From positions 3,296,001-3,360,000 of the forward strand of contig CP086569.2 in assembly GCA_009914755.4 (NCBI GenBank): 64,000 nt of DNA. The letters run 5' to 3'. The notes under the pieces are model-generated. The model worked only from the letters and a program-made list of their open reading frames with translations. It did no database searches and was not told where the DNA came from. Below, piece after piece: positions 56,853 through 64,000 of this stretch (the stretch's first letter is position 1; the number at the start of each line of letters is the position of its first letter). Origin of the DNA: the human T2T-CHM13v2.0 reference genome, Homo sapiens. Made by a program: the position numbers and the translations under genes.

Positions 56853-57352
56853 TCAGGTCATTATGTTCCTCCTTAAACTGGTTATTCTAGTTAGCAGCTT
56901 CTGTAACATTTTAACAAGTTTCTTAACTTCTTTCCATTGGGTTAGACCATGCTCCTTTACTTCAGCGAAGTTTGTTATTACCCACTTTCTAAAGCCTACT
57001 TCTGTCAGTTCATCCATCTCATTCTCCGTCCAGTTCTGCACCCTTGCTGGGAGGTGTTGCAATTATTTGGAGGAGAAGAGGCACTCTGGCCTTTTGGGTT
57101 TTCAGCATTTTGTTTGTTTTGCTGATTCTTTCTCATCTTCATGAGTTTGTCTAGTTTCAATCTTTGAAACTGTTGACCCTTGGATGAAGTTTCTGTGGGG
57201 ACTTTTGTTGATGCTGTTGTTGTTGCTTTCTGTTTGTTTATTTTTCTTTCAATAGTCAGGTCCCTCTTCTGTAGGGCTGCTGTGGTTTGCCAGGGGGTTA
57301 ACTTCAGGCCCCCTTTATCTGGTTCCCTCCTGCACCTGGAGATGTCACTCAA
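56853..57352 (-). pseudogene. L1 ORF1p remnant of the full-length L1PA
   Basis: ORF 56853..57062(-) ...NWTENEMDELTEVGFRKWVITNFAEVKEHGLTQWKEVKKLVKMLQKLLTRITSL and ORF 57005..57352(-) match the ORF1p N-terminal and coiled-coil region. Confidence 0.8.
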
Positions 57353-58276
57353 GGAGCCTGGAGAAGGGCAAACATGGATGCCTTCTCCTTATTCTGGGAT
57401 CTCTGACCTCGAGGGGAACTGACCTGATGCCAGTAGGAATGCTCCTGTTTAGAGTGTCTGACAACCCTTGTTTGTTGGGGCAGTGGGGGGGGTCTCAGCC
57501 AGTTGGATGGCATGGGAAGCAGGATTCATTTAACAAAGCACTTTGGCTGTCCCTTGGTAGAGGGGGTGTGCAGCACTGGAGGGAAACTCACTCATCAGGG
57601 CTTCCCAGATTCCTCAGAGCTAGTAGGAGGAAAGACTAAGTCTCCTGGTCTGTGGAGACTAAGACCAACCATCCCCTTAGGGGCTCAGTCCCAGGGAGAT
57701 CAGAGTTTTGTTCCTGAGCCCCTAGCTGGAGCTGTTGGAGTTCTTGCAGGGAGTCCCTGCAGTGGAAGTGTTGCTGCCACCCTTCCCCCAAAGAGCTCAG
57801 CTGGCTTAGAAAGCAGGCAGCTGCAGCAGTGGTGATGGCCGCCCCTTCCCCTGGAACTTGGCAGGCTTAGGCAGATTCTAGAACAAGTGGCTGTTGAGAA
57901 TTTGCACACCTCTATGGTTGGGAGCCAAGCCCTGGTGGCATGGGCTCACGAGTGGGATCCTCTGATCCATGTGTTGCACAGTTCTGTGGAGAAAGCACGG
58001 TTTCCCAGGCTGGATAGCACACTCAGCTCACTCACTGCCTCCCTTGGCTGAGGGTGGGGGCCCCCCTGCCCTGTGTGGCCCTTAGGTGGGAGGCTTCCTT
58101 CCACTGCTCTTCCTTCCTCTCTCTGCGTAATGCCAGAAGCCTAGTCAGTGCTAATGACAAAATCTAGATACCTTAGTTTCCAGTGCAGGATTCCATGCTG
58201 TTTGGGATCTTTTCGATGGGAGCCTCTGATCATTGCTGCTTCTAGTTGGCCACCTTGGTCCTTCCAGTTGTAAGCT

Positions 58277-58870
58277 CAAAATACCACTCTTTCAAAGACA
58301 TGCGAAGAGGATAAAAAAGGCAGTTTTTTTTGGGGGAAATATTTATAAATTCTGTAATTAATAATGGCTTTCTATGAGGAACACAAAAATAACTCTTGAA
58401 AAACTCAATAACAACAACAACAACAACAACAAAATACTCCAATAAAATAGATGAAAGATTTAAAAACTTCACCACTGAGGAAATATAATTGACAGGTAAG
58501 TGCAATATAAAATTCTTAACATTATTAGGCATTCTGGAAATGCATTTTAAAATGAAAATGGGTTTTTTTTTTTTTAAATCTGAGTATGCTGAGTAACTGG
58601 AACACTCATATATTACTGGTAGGAATGAGGAAGTGTGCATCTAATATGGAAAACATTTTGGTCATTTTTTTAAAAATAAAGTGCAGCAAATACTCGTCAT
58701 TTCTAGAAACTACACTCCTAGGTTTTTACCCAAGTGAAATAAAAAATATATTCATATATAAACCTATATGTCAATGTTTATAGTATCCTTTCCTTGTAAT
58801 CAACCAAAACTGAATACAAGTAAAATGTTCTTCAACTGTATACACAAATAAACATTTGTATATCTACATA
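58277..58870 (+). mobile_element. Old L1M 3' portion (sense), right half of the element split by the L1PA
   Basis: ...aaagacatgcgaagaggataaaaaaggcag... ...tactggtaggaatgaggaagtgtgcatctaatatggaaaacattttggtcatttttttaaaaataaagtgcagcaaatactcgtcatttctagaaactacactcctaggtttttacccaagtgaaataaaaaatatattcatatataaacc.... Confidence 0.6.
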
Positions 58871-59397
58871 ATTGAATACAATTTGGCAAAAAAAAAAATA
58901 GTGATACAAACAATAAAATGCCTGAATTTCAAATGCACGTGGCAGTAGTCAGACTCCAAAGGCTGTTGTAATAGTTAACTTTAGGCATCAACTTAACTGG
59001 GCTAAGCGATGCCCCAAGAGCTGGAAAAACATAATTTCTGAGTATGTCTGTGAGAGTGTTTCTGGAAGATGCTGGCATTTGAATCAATAGACTGAGTAAA
59101 GACAAACCACTTTTAACAATCTGTCAGGTGTCAGCCAATCTACTGAGAGCCCAAATATAGCAAAAAGGCAGAAGGAGGGCAAATTATCTCTCTTCTTGAA
59201 CTGGAACATTCGTCTTCTGCTCTTAGATATTGACGCTCTTGGTTCTCAGGCCTGTGGTCTCCAGGACTTACACCAGTGGATCCCGCAGTTTTCAGGCCTT
59301 TAGAAGTATACAAAATTATATCACTGGCTTTCATGATTCTCCAGCTTGCACATGAAAAATGGTGGGACTTCTCAGTCTCCATAATTTCATGAACCAA

Positions 59398-59510
59398 TTC
59401 CCATAATAAATCTCTCTCTCTCTGTTTCCGTCTTTCTCTCTCTATCTCTCTTCCTATCTCTACTGCTGCCTTTATCTCTCTGTCTCTCTATACATGTATA
59501 AATGGTATTA
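59398..59510. repeat. (TC)n-rich simple repeat/low-complexity pyrimidine tract
   Basis: ctctctctctctgtttccgtctttctctctctatctctcttcctatctctactgctgcctttatctctctgtctctct. Confidence 0.75.
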
Positions 59511-60319
59511 CATTACTTTATTTCTTTATTATGTGATTATTAGATTTATAAATGTTGATTTATACCTATATTATCTTATGTGACTATGTAAATTTGAAGA
59601 CACAGCTCTGTTTTGCATATAAAACCAAATTGCATACTATACTTTATGGGAAAATTACATAGAAACTATAAATGAAAGTATAAATTTTCCCTTGGGAAAA
59701 GCTTTTAAAGAAATCTATATTATTCTGAGAGTGCAAACATCTCCTTTACACAGACTCAAAGAAATTCAGTTGTTATAGTAAGTATGTCTTCTCCTTTGAA
59801 AATGTGCATTATAAAGACATTTTAAGAAGCACGCATTCTACAAGTTTCCCTTTGTAATTTAGCCATTAGCAATGGTATATACATACAGACAATTATTAGT
59901 CTTGTGCTTCGAAATAGCTGTTGATGATGGACTGGTTCTATAACATTTTTAAGACTCTACATGCTCTTTTTTAGGAAAATGACTTTGCACCTTTCTTTCT
60001 CATTTATTGTAAAGTGGTAATCCTATAAAGGCAAGAAAGCCAAATACCAAAATTATGCATAATTCTCTTATATTAGAAATCATCTTTCCTACATTTGCTT
60101 CTGCTTCTGAAAAAAGTTAAAAATTATGATTTTACATTGTTGTCATTTAATGTAAACAATGGTGATGCACCAGTAGATTGAAGGCTGAATTTACCTACTA
60201 CTTATATTGTACATAGCGTGTTACAATGGTGCTGATACAACACAGAATAAGCACTGTAAAATGCCTTAATACTGTTCAAATACAGGTTTTATTTCTTTTA
60301 TTTTAAAAAAAAGTTGCCT

Positions 60320-60745
60320 AGGTTTTCTTCTAGGGTTTTATGGTTTTATATTTAAGACTTTAATTCGTCTTGAGTTAATTTTTGTATGAGGTGTAAGGAA
60401 GGAGTCCAGTTTCTGTTTTCTGCATATGGCTAGCCAGTTTTCCCAGCACCATTTATTAAATAGGGAATCCTTTCCCTGTTGCTCATTTTTGTCAGGTTTG
60501 TCAAAGATCAGATGGTTGTACATGTGTGGTGTTATATCTCAGGTATCTGTTCTGTTCCATTGGTCATTGGTCCATATATCTGTTCTGGTACTAGTACCAT
60601 GCTGTTTTGGTTACTGTAGCCTTGTAGTGTAGTTTGAAGTTAGGTAGCATGATGCCTCCAGCTTTGTTGTTTTTGCTTAGAATTGTCTTGGCTATACAGG
60701 CCCCTTTTTGGTTCCATGTGAAATTTAAAGTAGTTTTTTTTCTAT
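60320..60745 (-). mobile_element. L1PA-like inverted 5' segment (antisense, L1 positions about 4420-4850) of a twin-priming-type element
   Basis: ...ggtgtaaggaaggagtccagtttctgttttctgcatatggctagccagttttcccagcaccatttattaaatagggaatcctttccc...gcctccagctttgttgtttttgcttagaattgtcttggc. Confidence 0.8.
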
Positions 60746-61833
60746 TCAGGACGTAGGCATGGGCAAAGACTTCATGATTAAAACACCAAAAGCATTTGCA
60801 ACAAAAGTCAAAATTGACAAATGGGATCTAATTTAACTAGAGAGCTTCTGCACAGCAAAAGAAACTATCATCAGAGTGAACAAGAAACCTACAGAATGGG
60901 AGAAAATTTTTGTAATCCATCCATCTGAGAAAGGGCTAATATCCAGAATCTACAAGAAACTTAAATTTACAAGAAAAAAAAACCACATCAAAAAGTGGGA
61001 AAAGAATATGAACATATGAACAGACACTTCTCAAAAGAAGACATTTATGTGGCCAACAAACATATGAAAAAAAGCTCATCATCACTGGTCATTAAAGAAA
61101 TGCAAAGCAAAACCAGTAAGATACCATCTCACACCAGTTAGTATGGCAATTATTAAAAAGTCAGGAAACCACAGATGCCAGTGATGCCGTGGAGAAATAG
61201 GAACGCTTTTACACTGTTGGTGGGAGTGTAAATTATTTCAACCATTGTGGAAGACAGTGTGGCAATTCCTCAAGGATCTAGAACCAGAAATACCATTTGA
61301 CCCAGCAATCCCATTATGGGGTATATACCCAAAGGATTATAAATCATTCTACTATAAAGACATATGTACATGTATTTTTATTGTGGCACTGTTCACAATA
61401 GCAATGACTTGGAACAAACCCAAATGCCCATCCATGACAGACTAAAGAAAATGCAGCACATATATACCATGGAATACTATGCAGCCATAAAAAAGAATGA
61501 GTTCATGTTCTTTGCAGGGACATGAATGAAGCTGGAAGCCATCATTCTCAGCAAACTAATACAGGAACAGAAAACAAAACACTTCATGTTCTCACTCATA
61601 ACTGGGAGTTGAACAATGAGAACACATGGGTACAGGGAGGGGAACATCACACACTGGGGCCTGTCAGGGGTAGGAAGCAAGGGGAGGTAGAGCATTAGGA
61701 CAAATACCTAAAGCATGCAGTGCTTAAAACCTAGATGATGGGTTGATAGGTGCAGCAAATTACCATGGCACATGTATATCTATGTAAGAAACCTGCACAT
61801 TCTGCACATGTATTCCAGAACTTAAAGTAAGAC
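60745..61833 (+). mobile_element. L1PA-like 3' segment (sense, L1 positions about 4855-6019), contiguous in L1 coordinates with the inverted segment
   Basis: ...gtaggcatgggcaaagacttcatgattaaaacaccaaaagcatttgcaacaaaagtcaaaattgacaaatgggatct...gcacatgtattccagaacttaaagtaa. Confidence 0.85.
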
Positions 61834-62133
61834 ATTTTTTTTTTTTTTTTTGAGATGAAGTCTCGCTCTGTCACCCAGGCTGGAGTGCAATGGCGTGATC
61901 TCCGCTCACTGCAACCCCCGCCTCCCGGGTTCAAGCGATTTTCCTGCCCAGACTCCTGAGTAGCTGCAATTACAGGCACATGCCACCACACCAGGCTAAT
62001 TTTTGTATTTTTAGTAGAGACAGGATTTCACCATGTTGGTCAGGCTGGTCTCGAACTCCTGACCTCATGATCCATTTACCTCGGCCTCCCAAAGTGCTGA
62101 GATTACAGGCGTGAGCCACCGCGCCAGGCTGGC
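61834..62133 (-). mobile_element. Alu SINE (full length) inserted at the 3' end of the plus-strand L1
   Basis: tttttttttttttttttgagatgaagtctcgctctgtcacccaggctggagtgcaatggcgtgatctccgctcactgcaa...gattacaggcgtgagccaccgcgccaggctggc. A TSD taaagtaa is present at 61823-61830 and 62134-62141. Confidence 0.95.
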
Positions 62134-62164
62134 TAAAGTAAAATTGTCTTTAAACAAGTTTTAT

Positions 62165-62650
62165 TTTAGGTTTAGGGGTACATGTGCAGGATTTTTATAT
62201 TGACAAACTCATGTTGTAGGGGCTTGTGCAAATTTTGTCACCCAGGTACTAAGCATAGTGCCCAATAGTTATTTTTTCTGATTCTCCTTCTCCTTCCACC
62301 CTCCACCCTCAAGTAGGCCTAAGTATCTTTTGTTCCCCTTTTTGTTGCCATGTGTTCTCATTATTTAGCTTCTACTTACAAGTGAGAACATGCAGTATTT
62401 GGTTTTCTGTTCCTGTATTAGTTTGCTAGAATAATAGCCTCCAGTTCCACCCACGTTCCCAGAAGGGATATAATATTCTTTTTTCTGGCTGCATAGTATT
62501 CCATGGTATATATGTACCACATTTTATTTATCCAGTCTGTCATTGATGGGCATTTTCGTTGATTCCATGTCTTTGCTATTGCGAATAGTGCTACAATGAA
62601 CATATGCATACATGTGTCTTTGTGGTAGAACAACTTCTATTCCTTTTATT
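62165..62650 (-). mobile_element. L1PA-like 3' end (antisense), oriented tail-to-tail with the preceding plus-strand L1
   Basis: ttttattttaggtttaggggtacatgtgcaggatttttatattgacaaactcatgttgtaggggcttgtgc...tgttctcattatttagcttctacttacaagtgagaacatgcagtatttggttttctgttcctgtattagtttgctagaataatagcctcc.... Confidence 0.8.
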
Positions 62651-62679
62651 TTACTATATTTATTTTCCTATATGTTACC

Positions 62680-63440
62680 CAGTAATGAACAACTTAAAAA
62701 TAATAAGAGCCATCTATCATAAATCCACAGACAAAATCATACTAAACAGTCAAAAGCTGAATGTATTCCCCTTGAAAACTGGCACAAGATGAGGATGCCC
62801 TGTCCCACCACACCTGTTCATCATAGTATTGGAAGTCCCGGCCAGAGAAATAATGTAAGAGAAATAAATAAATGGCATCCAAATAGGAAGAGAGAAAGTC
62901 AAACTACCCCTGTTTGCAGAAGAAATGATTCTATATCTAGAAAACCCCATAGTCATGGCCACAAAGCTTCTTAACCTGATAAACAACTTTAGCAAAGTTT
63001 CAGAATACAAAATCAATGCACAAAAATCATTAGCATTCCTATTCACCAACAGCCAAGCTGAGAGCCAAATCAGGAATGCAATTGCATTTACAACTGCCAC
63101 AAAAAAATGATACAGCTAGCCAGTTAGGTGAAAGAGCTCTATGGTGAGAATTACAAAACAATGCAGAAAGAAATCAGAGATCACACAAATAAATGAAAAG
63201 CCATTCCATGCTCATGAACAGGAAAAATCAGTATCACTAAAATGGTCATACTGCCTAAAACAATTTACAGATTCAGTGCTATTCCTATCAAACTACCAAT
63301 AATATTCTTCAAAGAACTAGATAAAACTATTATAAAATTCATATGGAAACAAAAAAGAACCTGAGTAGCTAAGGCAATCCTAAGCAAAAAGAACAGAAAT
63401 GAAAGCATCACGGTACCCAACTGCAAAATATACTACAGGG
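62680..63440 (+). mobile_element. L1 ORF2 RT-region fragment (sense, L1 positions about 3640-4420)
   Basis: ...aaaatcatactaaacagtcaaaagctgaatgtattccccttgaaaactggcacaagatgaggatgccctgtcccaccacacctgttcatcatagtattggaagtcccggccagag...gaaaaccccatagtcatggccacaaagcttcttaacctgataaacaactttagcaaagtttcagaatacaaaatcaatg.... Confidence 0.75.

Positions 63441-64000
<560 letters not shown>

Noticed and set aside
59140-59400. A block ending ...ccaattcccataataaatctctctc that felt like a known interspersed-repeat terminus (possibly a DNA transposon or LTR end), plus the 85-aa ORF on the minus strand
   Set aside because: I could not match it to a named family from memory, and the ORF has no recognisable homology. 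It is left unannotated rather than guessed; RepeatMasker would settle it.

Overview
This window is primate (human-type) genomic DNA, AT-rich and CpG-depleted, and by eye about 70-75% interspersed repeats. I found no convincing host protein-coding exon, tRNA/rRNA gene, CRISPR array or operon-like organisation. Every long ORF in the six-frame track traces back to transposable-element coding remnants (Tigger1 transposase, L1 ORF1p/ORF2p, retroviral gag/pol/env) or to GC-rich or Alu-derived artefacts.

Main content:
- A Tigger1 DNA transposon (1-2330) with an Alu inside it.
- An old L1 (about 3.0-10.5 kb, minus strand) that was hit twice, by an LTR12 solo LTR with a 4-bp ATAT TSD and by a THE1/MST-like MaLR LTR.
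- A MADE1 MITE.
- A plus-strand LTR-flanked ERV provirus (11.5-19.4 kb) carrying a gag zinc knuckle. Its 5' LTR is split by a young L1PA 3' fragment and its gag by an Alu.
- A plus-strand ERV RNaseH/integrase fragment (23.7-25.6 kb) split by a nested Alu pair. It sits head-to-head with a minus-strand gammaretrovirus-like gag-pro-pol-env internal region (26.2-31.9 kb).
- Many old L1 fragments, including 5'-inverted (twin-priming-like) copies.
- A full-length but dead L1PA (51851-58276, minus strand) nested in an older L1M with a 15-bp TSD.
- At least 13 Alus, most with clear TSDs.

The only non-repeat signal that looks regulatory is a CpG-island fragment at the extreme 3' edge (63763-64000), with an inverted CCAAT box and an AAGATGGCG initiator-like motif. 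I see no undescribed biological system. The interest lies in nested-insertion chronology, retroviral remnants, the LTR12 NF-Y repeats, L1 structural variants and the edge CpG island. All coordinates are from manual reading and carry roughly +/-10-30 bp uncertainty; family or subfamily names are recalled from memory and should be confirmed with RepeatMasker/Dfam.
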